In this document: in pieces, positions 12,421 to 28,114 of the stretch
How the letters are laid out: every line of letters begins with the position of its first letter
Position numbering within the stretch: the first letter of the stretch is position 1
NCBI GenBank assembly: GCA_951406725.2
Contig: OX597815.1
Span: 3,844,001 to 3,908,000 of the forward strand
Origin: Octopus vulgaris
Taxonomy: Eukaryota
Direction: 5' to 3'
Length of the DNA stretch: 64,000 bases
Notes under the pieces: generated by a model
The model's input: the letters and a program-made list of their open reading frames with translations, nothing else
Told to the model about the DNA's origin: nothing
The model's database searches: none
Made by a program: the position numbers and the translations under genes

Positions 12421-14057
12421 ATATATATGTAAGTTTTTCGTTAGTTTTATGGCAGGGTGTTTTAGAATGTCAGAAAAGGCCAAGGGAAGCGTCTATGAAA
12501 TGACTTTTAGTGAGATTTGCGGCTGCTGTGATCCTCAGACAATTTGCTAAAGGTAGACACGAGTCTTATCTTAAATATGTCGATGGAATGGGTATCACAG
12601 CCGAGGGATATACCTAACCCATCATCACGGTATAGACCGATATTACTGAAAGGTATCTAAACTAGAGATTTACTTGATCACATATGTCTGCACTGTCATA
12701 CGAACCCTTCGATACATCGAGCAGTTCTTCTGGTTTAGATTTTTTTACCCATACTGAACTGTTACTAAATTGGAGGAATTTTCTCATGTATAAGTATTTT
12801 ACAAAAACGTATGGAGTAACTCTTCGGTTGAGTATTAAACTCGACATAAAAACACAGCATTAATATAGGGATATGTATATTTAAACACACATATCTATAT
12901 ATATAAATACATAATACATACATATATATATGTAGATAGACCTGAAAAACGCATAAACAATCATTTGTCTAGTTTTAGACTTTAACATAAGGCGTGTTGC
13001 ACAACGCTGTCTAGTAAAATTTGGGATTTGAAAGGAAAAAATAGCCACTGAACTTAATAGAATAAACCTCCTCCCCAATAGTAAATCTAAATAACAAAGT
13101 AAATTCAGTGATAAGAAATCTACCCATGAGTAAATATCATTTACTACCATGTTTCTGTCGATGGGATTTGCCTCTCTGTCTATATACCTACCCTCTTTGT
13201 AATGTTGGCAAATGGAATAAGTATATAAAAATGAATATTGACAATTTAATTTTAAAATTCCATTTGTGGCTGAAGATTGCTCTACATTTTAAAACTGCTG
13301 TAATACTTAACATTGTTTAATTAAATGAAGTAGCATGAAACGATTGTACTGCACTACCTTTGGATATCGTTGTACTTATTTTGATTACACATATATATAT
13401 ATATACACGCACACACGTTGTTTAGTCTCACCCCAGAAAAATTATCTAACGGAGCTATGATTCATGTCTCTCGAGAAGACTTGCAGCATGGGGGCCCGGC
13501 CATTCAGGAGGTTGCAAATGGCAACGGAGGGATTTTCACAAATCTAGAAGGATGATTGACTGCTGGAAATACTATCAAACAATCGATTAGTTAATTGGTT
13601 AAATAGTTAACCAATTAACTATCTTTAAAGACACTGTTGACCAGGGTGCTTTTATAGAATTATAATATAGTATTATAAACCATCAGACAAATAAATGATA
13701 CAAAAATGAGATAGAACAAGCGCGAGTGTTTATTACTTGCATAATGACCCTCCCTAGATACTGCATTATATAGATAGATAGATATAGACACTGATGTGTG
13801 TCAATGTGTGTATATTTATATATCTATGTATCTATATGTGCGAATGTATAAATATATATACATGTATATATATATATATATAGATATATATATATATATA
13901 TATATTTACGGGCGTTTATGTATATACGTGTGTATGTATTTGTCTCTCTCTCTCTATATATATATACGTGTGTTTATGCATATATTATGTATATATGTAT
14001 GTATTTATGTGTGTGTCTGTATATATGTGTTTGAGTGTGTGTGCGTGCGTGTGTGTG

Positions 14058-14090
<33 letters not shown>

Positions 14091-15059
14091 AGCCCGTAGG
14101 TCGCTAGATCACGTAAAACTCATGGAATTTGGCCTATATCTGCTGAAATCTCTGTGAATACGAGCAAGAAGTTTCACAGAAGCATCCACTTGAGATTCCA
14201 AGTTCTACTCGAATCTTCGGAAAAGCAAAACCAACAAAAACAGAAAACAACAGCAAATCCCTGTTAAGCACATCCGGAACATGAATAGGTTACAGCAACG
14301 AAATAATTTTTGTAAAAATACAAAAAAAACGTAACGAAAGCGAAATTAAATAGAACAGGTTAAGGTGAGAATTTATGAGGAAAGCCTACTCTAAATTTCA
14401 TCTTCATCATTTACAAAGGTTTAAAGTTAAGAAGTTTGTTTCGCAAGCACGTCGTTCTGCGTTCGATCCCACTTTCTGGTAATTTGTAGAAGGAAGTTAG
14501 AAACTTTAAGGAGAGTAGAACAACAGAAAATCTTCAGAGAAGAAACCCATCCCATTTCGTGCAAGTGTGTTGGTCCTTAAGTTCTTACACTCTAAAGATA
14601 CGAGGCCGTGTCCTGGTCATGACTCTTGAATGCCTCTTTGTTGTTACATTCTGTCCAACTGTCCGTATTGCAGTCTGCATCTGTCTAAGAGGATTAGGTA
14701 CCCCAGAGTGAAGGTAATTTTGATGTCATGACCATCTCGGTCTGCAACGCCAGTTGACCACAGGGTAAATTATACCTTTTGAAATTCGGTTTCCTTTTTG
14801 AACAGATCCGGTTGGAACTTTTCTCAGCTGCTTCTGTTTATTGCCTTAACAGTTTTGATTCTTTTTGCCAGAGACAGAAACATATTTCATAAGATCGTAG
14901 GTAGATTTGCCCACTAAAAGCCCTCGTTACCACCTCTATCACGAGGACTTTGGATTAGAAACCGGATTCTGTCAACTTGATGCTTTCAACCATAGAAACG
15001 GATCGGCAAAGATCTTGCGAACAAAAGTTGAAAGACGCAAAGCAATACAGAATCCCTTC

Positions 15060-15280
15060 AAGGCGGCGAGCTGCTGGCAAAATCGTTATCGCACCGAACA
15101 AAATGCTTAACAGTGTTTCGTCCCTCTTTACGTTCTGAATTCAAATTCCGCCGAGGTTGACTTTGTCTTTCATCCTTTTGGGGTCGTTAGAATAGATGCC
15201 AATTGAGCACAGGGGTTGATGTAATCAACATGCCCCCTCTCCCGAACTCGCTCGTTTTGTGCCAAAATTTGAAGCCAACA
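15060..15280 (+). mobile_element. SINE family 2
   Basis: AAGGCGGCGAGCTG head and CTTTCATCCTTTTGGGGTCG core. Confidence 0.8.
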
Positions 15281-15819
15281 TAGAACTCAACCGGATAGAT
15301 TGTACTGGACACGGGTGATGGATTTAACCCATCATTTGATTTGATAACACTATCCGGGGCGTGTTTAGGCAAGCTCCTCTCTCGTGTAAAACCCTCAACT
15401 TCCTTTCACACTCTAGTCTTGAGGAATATCACATGAGTTGCCTACATTTATTGAATGAGCAAAATACATTTAAGCAGACATATTGTCATTGGACCGTAGA
15501 GGAGATGCGATAGACACGGAAACGGTCGTTCATTAAGACAAGTCATTCATATTGATAAAAAGAGCAAATAACAGGTGACAGAAAAGGTATGGACATTAAT
15601 ATTAGGAAACTTCCACCACAACAACTCACGAAAAGAAACTGCTCTACGACAATTTTCATCGTATTCAAAGCAGAATCTTTACCTATGTGTAAATGGGTCT
15701 ATTTTACTTAATTTAAGAATATTTCTAAAAGTAGAGAGAAGCAATGCAACAAAGTGTTTTCATAAAAAATTAATATAATTATAATTTTTTCTCCTACATA
15801 TAGACGTATATAATTCTCG

Positions 15820-15872
<53 letters not shown>

Positions 15873-15907
15873 GTAATGCAATACGAGGTATTGCTTAGTA
15901 AAGAATA

Positions 15908-15977
<70 letters not shown>

Positions 15978-16209
15978 TCTTTACTCCCTTTTACTTTTTA
16001 TTTATTTCAGTCAGTTGACTGCGGCCATGCCGGAGCACCGCTTTTAATCGAGAGAATCGACCCCAGGACTTATTCTTTGTAAGCTTAGTACTTATTCTAT
16101 CGGTCTCTTTTGCCGAACCGTTAAGTTACGGGGACGTAAACACAACAGCATCGGTTGTCAAGTGAGTGTTGGGGGGGGGACAAACACAGACACACAAGCA
16201 TTTACACAC

Positions 16210-16285
<76 letters not shown>

Positions 16286-17945
16286 ATGTATATATACATA
16301 TATATGACGGGCTTCTTTCAGTTTCCGACTACCAAATCCACTCACAAGGCTATATATATATACACGCAAACACATATACGTAACGCGCATATACACATAC
16401 AAACACACATATACGAAATGCGTGCTAAGACACATTTAAGCATAAACATTGCCAGAAAAAAGATCTCTTACATATCCACTATACACACACACATACACGC
16501 ACATCTGCGTTCGTGCGTGTATATGTGCGTATGTCTACAATTATATTTAACACATTCGTGTACACCCGGCCGTAAGAAGACCGTTCACGTTCATAACCTT
16601 TTATAAATGCTGATATGCTCAAAGCTTGGTCAAACTGGAATGAATTACTTAGAAGAGCATAAAGCAATGTTGGATGAAATATAGGTGAGTTCAGTTATAA
16701 TTAACACGTACCTGCGCGCACACTCGGACGTAGGAAGACATGTCACTGTGGAGATAAGCTCGGGAAAAATGCTCCTCTAACATAAATATGTGTAAACACA
16801 CTTCATTGCACAATGATTGACGTCATTGGACTGTAGGACCCACGTGGTTTTACATCGCTACGCTTCTCAGCTATGGACATCGAATCGGTCGTTCATAGTC
16901 TACTTAGAAGTATCGTTCTTATAAATAAAAAAAGGGTAAAATGCACACAAATAATACAGGATTGGAAATGATCGTCAAATATAATTCCGAAAATGGCAGT
17001 TTTTTTTTCTCTTCAGGGGATCCCATTACTATTGTTGCAAAGGTTGCTGCGACATTGGTTCCCATTGCTGTGCCTAATATTTGAATATAATGCTGGTTAT
17101 CAATTTATATATTCTGACTGTATCAAGGAACTTTTGCAAAAGTTTATGTATGTATGTATGTATGTATGTATGTATGTATGTATGTATGTATGTATGTATG
17201 TATGTATGTATGTATGTATGTATGTATATAAATACACGTGTGTGTGTGTGTGTGTGCATGCATATTATCCATGTGACTGGAGATTCAAGTTTCGTTTGTT
17301 CAAAGAGCCGTGGGGCGAAACTGGAAGATCACATCAGTATAAACTTGAGAATAAATTTTATTCTACTCCCAGTATTGAGTACTCCCCAAACAAACAGAAA
17401 TTATTCCATTGTTATTCTTAAACTTACTTTAAAGTGACAGCATCGAGTAAAGCCACATTCACACATACGCACACACACACACACACACATACGCATACAC
17501 ACACACACACACACACATACATACACACTCATACATACACACTCATACATACACACGTATAATGTAATATTTATTCACTATTTGTGGATAAGTTGCAAAT
17601 AAATTTACATGCACTCGTTAAATAAACATACATTTAGCTTCGTTGTATAAACAAACACTCGGACTAAATCACGCGCAAGTTTCTTACTTGCTCTTTCTCA
17701 TTCTTTTTTTCCTTTAATCCACCTCTACTCTGTCTCTCTCTCTATTTCTCTCTTTCTCTCTCTCTCTCTTTCGTTCTCTCTCTCTCTCTCTTACTCTCTC
17801 TGCAGAATGAACTGGAAAACATGCATTAGTTTCGCCTGGTCATTTCCAGGTCATCGTTTATTTAAAACTGAATTTGATCATCATCAATACTAAAATAATA
17901 CACACACACACACATATGGATAAATACATAGATAGTTGTATTAAG

Positions 17946-17976
<31 letters not shown>

Positions 17977-18892
17977 ATAATTGTAAAAATTAAGTACGAG
18001 TTTATATAAGCATATATATGTATATGCACACTTGAATACATACAGATGTATATACCTGTGGTGTGGTGTGGAATGGTGTGGAATGGTGTGGAATGGCGTG
18101 GTATGTGTGTGTGTGTATATGAGCGTGTGAGCGTGTACACATATATCATTTGCCAATGGTCCTCCTGAAGAGGCTGTTCAGCGTTTCTCGCAAGAAGATA
18201 TACCCGTATCAAGCATCACGTGATTCGATAACTATTTTGTTCATTTGCTCGTTGTGTAACTTGTTTACATAATATACATTATAATAGCGATAAGAAATAT
18301 AATATATGATATGCGTTCATTATAATATCAACGATCCAACGCACTCTTGAAACAGCTGTTTAAATTATTTACGTTTACTTCCTGTAATATATTTGTAATA
18401 TCTCATGTGAATGAAATTTCTTTCATCCAAGATTGTCCGCCTTCCCTCTATAATTACATATACGTATACATATACATGCATGCAGGCACATACACACATA
18501 TATAGGAGAATTTGTTTTTGAAAAATGCACTTAAATTTGAAAAAACATGTAGTTGTTTTTAAATAGATTTATTCACAACAAGCAGGTGTATTCGTTTTGA
18601 CGATCGGAAAGATTGGAAAAGACTTTGATGTTTCGAGCCTACGCTCTTCAACAGAAATGTTTGAGAGGGAAAAAATGCAGAGAAATAAAAACGGCGAAAG
18701 ACAAAAAGGTGCAGGGAATATGAAATATACATTTCTTTTTTATCTTTTATCGTTTTACTTGTTACAGCGGCCATGGTGGGGCACCGTCTTGAAGAACTTG
18801 GGGCACCGTCTTGAAGAACTTTAGATGAACGAATCGCTAAGTTACGGGAACATAGATAGAGCAAGAACGGTTATGAAGCCGTTAGGGGTGGA

Positions 18893-18962
<70 letters not shown>

Positions 18963-19449
18963 TATTATATAAACAAATATCGATATAGGACTGCTATGAG
19001 ACCTAGGACTCATAAGGCCAGACTCATACCCCAGAGGTATGAGTCACTGAGCTTACAACACTCTCCCACCCCGAACGACACCCTGGTCCGTTAATTTCTC
19101 AGCAACAATTCGAACTCATTTACAGTTGTGTGGACTGGAGTAACAGGAAGTGAAATGTTTTTCTCACGAACACAAGGCACTGTCTGGTCCGGGAATCGAA
19201 ACCACAATCTTACGATCCTGAGTACAACATCATAACCTCACGACCAGACTCCTTTACATTATCTAATATAACTTTTCAATTATTATTCAATATGTTCTTA
19301 GTTTTTCAAGACGGTAAGGTAAGGATTGAGTGAGCTTTCGCTGCTATTTTTGGCAGATTGAGTTATTGCATACAGACACATAGGAAATACTACAAAATAA
19401 TGTAAATAATTCCTCATCTCTTAAATATAGAACTGTAAAAAAAAAAACG

Positions 19450-20013
19450 GTTCCAAATCTTTATACAAGGTCAGTAGTTTGGGGGGTGGGGTAAGTCGAT
19501 TATATCGACCCCAGAGCACAACTGGTATTTTATCGACCTTGTAAGGACGAACGACAAAGTCGCCCCCGGCAGAATTTGAACTCAGAATGTGAAGATTGAC
19601 GAAATACCTATTTCTTTACTACCCACAAAGGGCTCAACACAGAGAGGACAAACAAGGACAGACAAACCGGATGAAGTCGATTACATCGACCCCAGTGCGT
19701 AACTGGTACTTAAGTTATCGACCCCGAAAGGATGAAAGGCAAAGTCAACCTCAACGGAATTTGAACTCAGAATGTAACGGCGGACGAAATACCTATTTCT
19801 TTTATTGCACAGAAGGGGCTAAACACAGAGAGGACAAACGGATTAAGTCGATTATATCGACTCCAATGCGTAACTGGTACTTATTTAATCGACCCCGAAA
19901 GGATGAAAGGCAAAGTCGACCTCAACGGAATTTGAACTCAGAACGTAGCGGCAGACAAAATACCGCTAAGCATTTCGTCCGGCGGGCAAACGATTCTGCC
20001 TGCACGCCGCCTT
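19450..20013 (-). mobile_element. Head-to-tail trimer of family 2 SINEs
   Basis: Three successive GAATTTGAACTCAGAA / ATCGACC cores; only one copy retains the full head. Confidence 0.8.
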
Positions 20014-21194
20014 AAAATGCTATACAATAATAATTACTTCGTTATTTTGCAGTGTTAAACACAAGTCCTTCCAAGAATGTTGGCTGCCGAGAGAGATGGG
20101 CTGTGTCAGGTTGAACTATCTGATATTCACCTTATATGTGGAGGCGCAATGGCCCAGTTGTTAGGGCAGCGAACTCGCGGTCATAGGATCGTGGTTTCGA
20201 TTCCCAGACCGGGCGTTGTGAGTGTTTATTGAGCGAAAACACCTAAAAGCTCCACGAGGCTCCGGCAGGGGATGGTGGTGATCCCTGCTGTACTCTTTCA
20301 CCACAACTTTCTCTCACTCTTACTTCCTGTTTCTGTTGTACCTGTATTTCAAAGGGCCGGCCTTGTCACTCTCTGTGTCACGCTGGATATCCCCGAGAAC
20401 TACGTTAAGGGTGCACGTGTCTGTGGAGTACTCAGCCACTTACACGTTAATTTCACGAGCAGGCCGTTCCTTTGATTCGGATCAACCGGAACCCTCGTCG
20501 TCGTAACCGACGGAGTGCTTCCATCCATTCACCCTATGCAGTTCAATAAGTGCTTAGCTTCTTTGACTTTTTTGCTGTCTCGTCCAGTCCATGTGGTTGT
20601 TGTCGGTCACATAGAAACGCCTCAATCCATCTCCAACAAGATATGAATGTTAACCACGTCACAGACATAAACATTGTAATTAATACCTTACATTCTAGAA
20701 GTACAAGAAACTCAGGAAATTTTAAGTACTTTAGTGCCGTAGTACAATTAATAAAACATATTAATCGGTGACGGTTAGTTTCTTAGTGATAAATGCTTTT
20801 TAAATCTTTTACTAACGTAAACCTTAGCGCGCGCAGCTCTCACCTGCTCCGAGCTGACGTAAGAGGGTTGTGCGTCAGCAATACACATTCCGTCTGCTCT
20901 ACACACGGTTGTAATTAAGGTAAAAGCAGGTAGTTCTTTGTCATTGCAAACACCTCCTAAAGTGTCTGTGTCTGTCTGAAACGCGACCAACGTGTAAATG
21001 CGTGCAGGTTTTTTTATTTACCTTTACGAAAAACCAAATTGCCGGTGGTTATGGTGCAGTGTTTCGCTTCATCAATGCTTTAAGAGGGGTCGAAAGTTTC
21101 GGGGTTACAATAATTCACAGCTAAAACTCAACTGATGTGGAAACAAGTTGCACAGTCGAGTCTTTGAGTACAGCTTCGAAAGAAAGTAGGCCGA

Positions 21195-21237
<43 letters not shown>

Positions 21238-21297
21238 TATATATACATACATATACATATATATATATATATTTAAACATATGTACATAAATATATT

Positions 21298-21330
<33 letters not shown>

Positions 21331-21391
21331 CATACATACATACATACATACATACGTACATACATACATACCCATCCACACATCCACACAC

Positions 21392-21428
<37 letters not shown>

Positions 21429-21452
21429 CACACATGTATGTATGTATGTATG

Positions 21453-21501
<49 letters not shown>

Positions 21502-22375
21502 CAGGGTGCGGTGATTATATTGTTGTCTAAATTACGCAAAAATTTAAACAATACTGACATCTCATTTTAAGATATATTTGCCAAAATTACATAAAAATAT
21601 CTTGAATTACTAAAGAGTAAATTTATTCAATAAAATCGCCACTGGCCCCAACCACTGGCCTCAACCACAGCCTCCAGGCAACTTCGGAATCTCCTGCAAC
21701 TCTTCTAGACCTTTTTTTTTAGTGGTGAATGTTGCCATAATCTTCACTTCATTTTTGATGTCACAAGGAGTTTTGTTGATCTCTCACTCAACTGAACCCC
21801 ACACACAATAATCATGGGGGTTGCAGTCTGGGGAGTTATGTGGTCAGATGTTAGGGGTGATGTGGTTACAGAAATTACCTGATGGCCATGACTCGGTTCT
21901 CCTGCTTGTATGGCATTGGTGCAGAGTCCTGTTGCTAGACATAGGGTCTTCCAGAAGCCATCCCCTTCACCCAGGGCAGCACTACCTCCTCCAGGCACTT
22001 GATGTAGGCCTATGTATTGAGTATGAGGCTGTGTGGGAAGGTAAATGGAGGCATAACGTCTCCATCACTACTGATCACTCCAAACACCATGATGTTGACT
22101 GGCTGTTTGATTTTTATCACTCCCAGTACAAATTTTGGGGACAACAGTTGTTCTGTGTTGACCATCTGTTCGTATTGGAGCTTCCAGCACGAATGCCAAG
22201 CAGAACAGGATGTCATCTCCAAATTTCTGGTGGAGTGAATTGCGTCGTGGTACTGTTTTTCTCACAGACGATGCCCAACTGACCCTACTATACCGTGTAG
22301 TCGACAAAAAACAAAACTATGCACATGTGCGAAATTAAAAGTACGAAATCACGACAATTTACCCATCGTATCCTA
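21502..22375 (-). mobile_element. Tc1/mariner superfamily transposon relic (maT/DD37D-like), internally deleted
   Basis: Minus frames give PVNIMVFGVISSDGDVMPPF, QQDSAP and PHNSPDCNPHDYCVWG. Imperfect TIRs CAGGGTGCGGTGATTATATTGTTGT / ACGACAATTTACCCATCGTATCCTA, with TA flanks. Confidence 0.82.
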
Positions 22376-22391
22376 TATGTATGTTTTGTGC

Positions 22392-22430
<39 letters not shown>

Positions 22431-22592
22431 ATACACTCTAGAGTATGAATCGAGTACTCTTTTCTCATTCGTCCGACACACACAGAGTGTACAGGGTAAA
22501 TTTGATAGTTTCCATAAAATGAAAAGGAATCACAATGTCCCATCCAAAAATAAAGTATTAATAAAATTTTAAGGATGCTCAGTTTTCATTAA

Positions 22593-22812
22593 CCCACTAG
22601 TGTTTAAGCCAGCCTTATCTGGCCCAGATATTCTACATGTTTTATATTCAAACTGGCCATATCTGGCCCCTCACACCTAACCTACATTGACATTCTAAAA
22701 ATAAACAATCACGTCATTGAAACCTCAAAGCTATAAGATAATGCATGATTAATTCAAAACAATTTAAGTGAAAAAGTATTACATTTAACAGAGTAATCTG
22801 AACACTAAAGGG
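22593..22812. mobile_element. piggyBac-like MITE
   Basis: TTAA-CCCACTAGTGTTTA ... TGAACACTAAAGGG-TTAA: TTAA target duplication, CCC/GGG ends and imperfect 14-bp TIRs. Confidence 0.75.
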
Positions 22813-23588
22813 TTAAACCCGTCCTCTTAGCTGCTAACATTGACAAAATGCAGTTCAGTTCAATGTAGAGAGCAAAAGTGAGCTGTGTCTACCATATACA
22901 TTCGATTTCCGGTCTTCTTTCGATTCTTTGCAGCCTGATGGCTAAATAAGAATTTCCGATTTCTTTACGCTGTTCTTTGCACTTTTTATTGAACTCTGCA
23001 AAGTGTTTTATGCTGCAAGGATGGATTGGGTAGGTGTTGGGTAGACAAGGCAGTGATCCATAGTTTGAGGGCTGCTTCACATTCACGGGTGTGTGACCAA
23101 TCTCTTGACGTCATCTGACCGAAGCGACCTTTGATCTTCCCGTTCTCGTGGTGTTGAGTGTCTTAGACTGAGCCAACGGAGAGGCAATCAGCAAAGGAGA
23201 TTCTCATGTCAATTGGGAATACACATATATGCATATACATATCTATATAAATGTAGGTGTGTGTGCATGTGTATACACACACACATAATACGATTAGTAA
23301 ACATATAGATATATACATATATATATATATATGTATATTTATATAAGTGTAATGTGTATATGTATATATATAAGCATATATGTATGTACATATGTATATT
23401 CTTATGTATGTATGTATATATGTATGAATGTATATATATATATGTATGTATATGTATGTATATGTATATATATGTATGTATATGTATGTATATATATGTA
23501 TGTATATGTATGTATATGTATATATATATATGTGTGTGTGTGTGTATGTATGTATATGTATATATATATATGTATATGTATATGTATG

Positions 23589-23626
<38 letters not shown>

Positions 23627-23629
<3 letters not shown>

Positions 23630-24005
23630 ATATAAACGGCAGTTTGTCTGTGCGTGTTTCTGTGTGTCTGTTTTCTCGTACCCTCACCCTGACCACGGCT
23701 TTCAACCGATTCTGATGAAACTTGACACACACATAGCCCAATGTCATAATTCAAAACTAACGCAGCGAAAATTTTGAAAAGTTCCCCCAGTTCTGAAAAA
23801 AATCGATAAATTCGACATGGGGTCGAGAATTAGAAACCCAAACCACAGACCGTCTAGGGGACGCAACTCTACCTTTTTTAACTCTCAAAAAAAATTTACC
23901 ATCATTTGTTTTCCATTTTTTTGCTATTTTTTGGCTATAACTCTCTAAAAATGCTTTATAGTTATTTCCCTTACAAACCTGAGCAACGCCGGGCGATACT
24001 GCTAG
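23627..24005 (+). mobile_element. Non-autonomous Helitron-like element
   Basis: 5' TC(TATATAAA), 3' CTAG preceded by a GC-rich imperfect hairpin (CCTGAGCAACGCCGGG), inserted between A and T within (TA)n. Confidence 0.72.
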
Positions 24006-24156
24006 TATATATATATATATATATGTAAATGCAATGTATAATGTGAATGCATATGTATGATGAACTTAGACAAACTGGAAAATTTAGACAATCTTATACA
24101 CACGCACAAATATATACCACCGTATATACATCTATACACTGCGCCCAACCGCTGCT

Positions 24157-25628
24157 GCCACCACCACCACCACCACCACCACCACCACCACCACCACCAC
24201 CACCACCACCACCACCACCACCACCACCACCACCACCACCACCACCACCACCACCACCACCACCACCACCACCACCACCACCACCACCACCACCACCACC
24301 ACCACCACCACCACCACCACCACCACCACCACCACCACCACCACCACCACCACCACCACCACCACCATCACCACCACCACCACCACCACCACCACCACCA
24401 CCACCACCACCACCACCACCACCACCACCACCACCGCCACCACCACCACCACCACCACCACCACCACCACCACCACCACCACCACCACCACCACCACCAC
24501 CATCACCACCACCACCACCATCACCACCACCACCACCACCACCACCACCACCACCACCACCATCACCACCACCACCACCACCACCACCACCATCACCACC
24601 ACCACCACCACCACCACCACCACCACCACCACCACCACCACCACCACCACCACCACCACCACCACCACCACCACCACCACCACCACCACCACCACCACCA
24701 CCACCACCACCACCACCACCACCACCACCACCACCACCACCATCACCACCACCACCACCACCACCACCACCACCACCACCACCACCACCACCACCACCAC
24801 CACCACCACCACCACCATCACCACCACCACCACCACCACCACCACCACCACCACCACCACCTCACCACCACCACCACCACCACCACCACCACCACCACCA
24901 CCACCATCACCACCACCACCACCACCACCACCACCACCACCACCACCACCACCACCACCACCACCACCACCACCACCACCACCACCGCCACCACCACCAC
25001 CACCGCCACCACCACCACCACCATCACCACCACCACCACCACCACCACCACCACCACCACCACCACCGCCACCACCACCACCACCACCACCATCACCACC
25101 ACCACCACCACCACCACCACCATCACCACCACCACCACCACCACCACCACCACCACCACCACCACCACCGCCACCACCACCACCACCACCATCACCACCA
25201 CCACCACCACCACCACCATCACCACCACCACCACCACCACCACCATCACCACCACCACCACCACCACCACCACCACCACCACCACCACCACCACCACCAC
25301 CACCACCACCACCACCACCACCACCACCACCACCATCACCACCACCACCACCACCACCACCACCATCACCATCACCACCACCACCACCACCACCACCACC
25401 ACCACCACCACCACCACCACCACCATCACCACCACCACCACCACCACCACCACCACCACCACCACCATCACCACCACCACCACCACCACCACCACCACCA
25501 CCACCACCACCACCACCACCACCACCATCACCACCACCACCACCGCCACCACCACCACCACCACCACCACCACCACCACCACCACCACCACCACCACCAC
25601 CACCACCACCACCACCACCACCACCACC
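24157..25628. repeat. About 1.47 kb (CCA)n/(TGG)n array
   Basis: Directly visible; scattered CAT and CGC variant units and one register shift near 24861. Confidence 0.98.
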
Positions 25629-25924
25629 TATACAGCTACTCTTTAGCACAAGTTGTTTAACGGACGCTCTACAGTATTTGGTACGTGTTAAACAGCGGAG
25701 TATCGCAAACGCTTCAGAAACTCCTTCTTCCTACCCACGCCACGCCTCCAACGCACTTACTCTAGACAGCTTCTCGAGTGTACTCGAATTACGAAGTGGG
25801 GAGAGAAAAACGACGCTTCGCAAGCGCTGAGATACATTTGAAATTTAAAAAAAACAACAACAAAAACTAAAAACAAACTTGCAATAACTACAGAGTCTAA
25901 GAAGAGAGCAAAGCAAGAAAATAA

Positions 25925-25971
<47 letters not shown>

Positions 25972-26222
25972 GTGGGGTGAGTGGAGAAGCATTTGTTATT
26001 AATGGTAGTGATTGGGAAAAAATATTGCTTACGTCATAACTAATAAATATTTAATCACTTTCAAAGAGTTGTAGTGATGTTGTCAAGATGGCTGCCAAAA
26101 AAGTCAATATTTCGTTGTTAGACATTTTTTCGTGTTAACGTAAATTTTCAATTTGTAGGTATATGTGTCTTTGTGTGCGTACTATATATATTTATATATA
26201 TGTACATATGTATATATATATA

Positions 26223-26253
<31 letters not shown>

Positions 26254-26295
26254 ATACATGTATATATATATATATATGTATGTATATATGTATAT

Positions 26296-26359
<64 letters not shown>

Positions 26360-27259
26360 ACATACATGCATGTGTATATCTACATGCGTTTGTGTGCGTG
26401 CGTGTGTGTGCGTGTGTGTATGTGTGTGACTGTGAGTGTGTTTATACATGCATATATGTATCTATACTATAATGGAGAAAGCTGATTATTAATTAGTTGT
26501 GTAACAATTACTAAAAGTGCTAAAAGAAAGCAATTCTTAAAAGCTTGACCATCTGGAAATATTTTCATAAATTCATGTTCTCAGAAATTGCCTATAATTT
26601 CGATTTCTGAAGTTTATTGAATTTTTTTACTCCAAATCCTCGCAAATTTAAATATTCATTGCATTCAATTCTTCATAAATTTAAATATTCAATGCATTCA
26701 TTGTGAAGTAGATTTTAATGTTTAATATTTTTATTTATTTTTCATTTTTATCTAGTTTCAGCTCACGAGCTGTGGCCATGCTGGGGCACCGCCATTTGGT
26801 GTTGCTACATGATTTTACTTCACGAATGCTTTTTAGCAACTGCCATTTGGTGCATGAGAGAATTCGATGCAGCTGCCCTCATCTGCACCTCCTGCCGTGA
26901 AGTTGGTTGATCTGGGATACCTGACAAGAAGAGATCCAGTTTCAATTTAAATAGTGAATACTATTAGTTCGTTGCAGGCAATATTTTACGCTTTTATTTG
27001 CAACAGTCTCTCATTCTCACTCGCCTCTATTTCCATTAATGACAAATGGAAGAAAACACCGGAATAAAACACCGGGTGGCAGCACTAAGCAGTGACGTGT
27101 ACAAATACAAACTTGTTACCAGTTCAAACTTGTTAGCAGTTTAATAAAACACCAAATGGTCATGGTTGGAGTGTCTTTCTTGACTATTTAATTGGTTTAA
27201 TTGACTTGGGAGTTAAGCAACCTCAACAGCGGTTCTGTACAATAACTGCCATAGCAGAG

Positions 27260-27297
<38 letters not shown>

Positions 27298-27882
27298 CGT
27301 GTGTGCGTGTACGTGCGTGCACGTGTGTGTGTGTGTGCGTGTGTGCATGTGCGTGTGTGCGCGCGTGCGTGTGTGTGTGTGTGCATGTGTGTGTATGCGT
27401 GTGCGCGAGAGTGTGTGCGAGTGTATATGTGTTTTGGATATTCTTTTATTCTTTTACTTGTTTCAGTCATTAGACTGCGGCCATGCTGGGGCACCGCCTT
27501 GAAGACTTTTTAGTCGAATTAATCAACCCCAGTTTTATTTTAAGCCTAATAATATTACATCACTCTCTTTTTACTGAACCGCTAAGCTACGGTATTGTCA
27601 TCACAGCAACACCAGTTGTAAAGTAGCAGACATAAAGACATAAAGACGCGCTCACACACACACACATTTTGACGACGGGCTTCTTTCAGTTTCCGTCTAC
27701 CAAATCTACTCACAAGGCTTCGGTCGGTCCGAGACTATAGTAGATGCCTGTCCAAGGTGTTACGCAGGTGTGGGGCTGAACCTGGAACCATGTGGTTGGG
27801 AAGCCAACTTCTTACTACACATCCACGCATGCGCCAATATGTGTGTGCGTTTGCGTACGTGAGTGTACACCTTTAAGTTATC

Positions 27883-28114
27883 TATTTCTGTACTACCCAC
27901 AAGGGGCTAAACACAGATAGGACAAACATGGACAGACAAACGGATTAAGTCGGTTACATCGACCCCAGTGCGTAACTGGTACTTATTTAATCGACCTCGA
28001 AAGAATGAAAGGCAAAGTCAACCTCGGCGGAATTTGAACTCAGAACGTAACGGCAGACGAAATACCGCTAAGTATTTCGCCCGGCGTGCTAACGTTTCTG
28101 CCAGCTCGCCGCCT
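27883..28114 (-). mobile_element. SINE family 2, full length
   Basis: Matches the family 2 head, core and tail. Confidence 0.85.

Noticed and set aside
14540-14900. Complex sequence with a hint of a gag-like Cys/His motif on the minus strand
   Set aside because: Requires frameshifts and lacks correct CCHC spacing; cannot be supported without a search.
24047-25660. ORFs of over 500 aa (poly-Pro/His/Thr/Gly/Val)
   Set aside because: Simple consequence of a stop-free (CCA)n array; open in several frames on both strands with no complex sequence.
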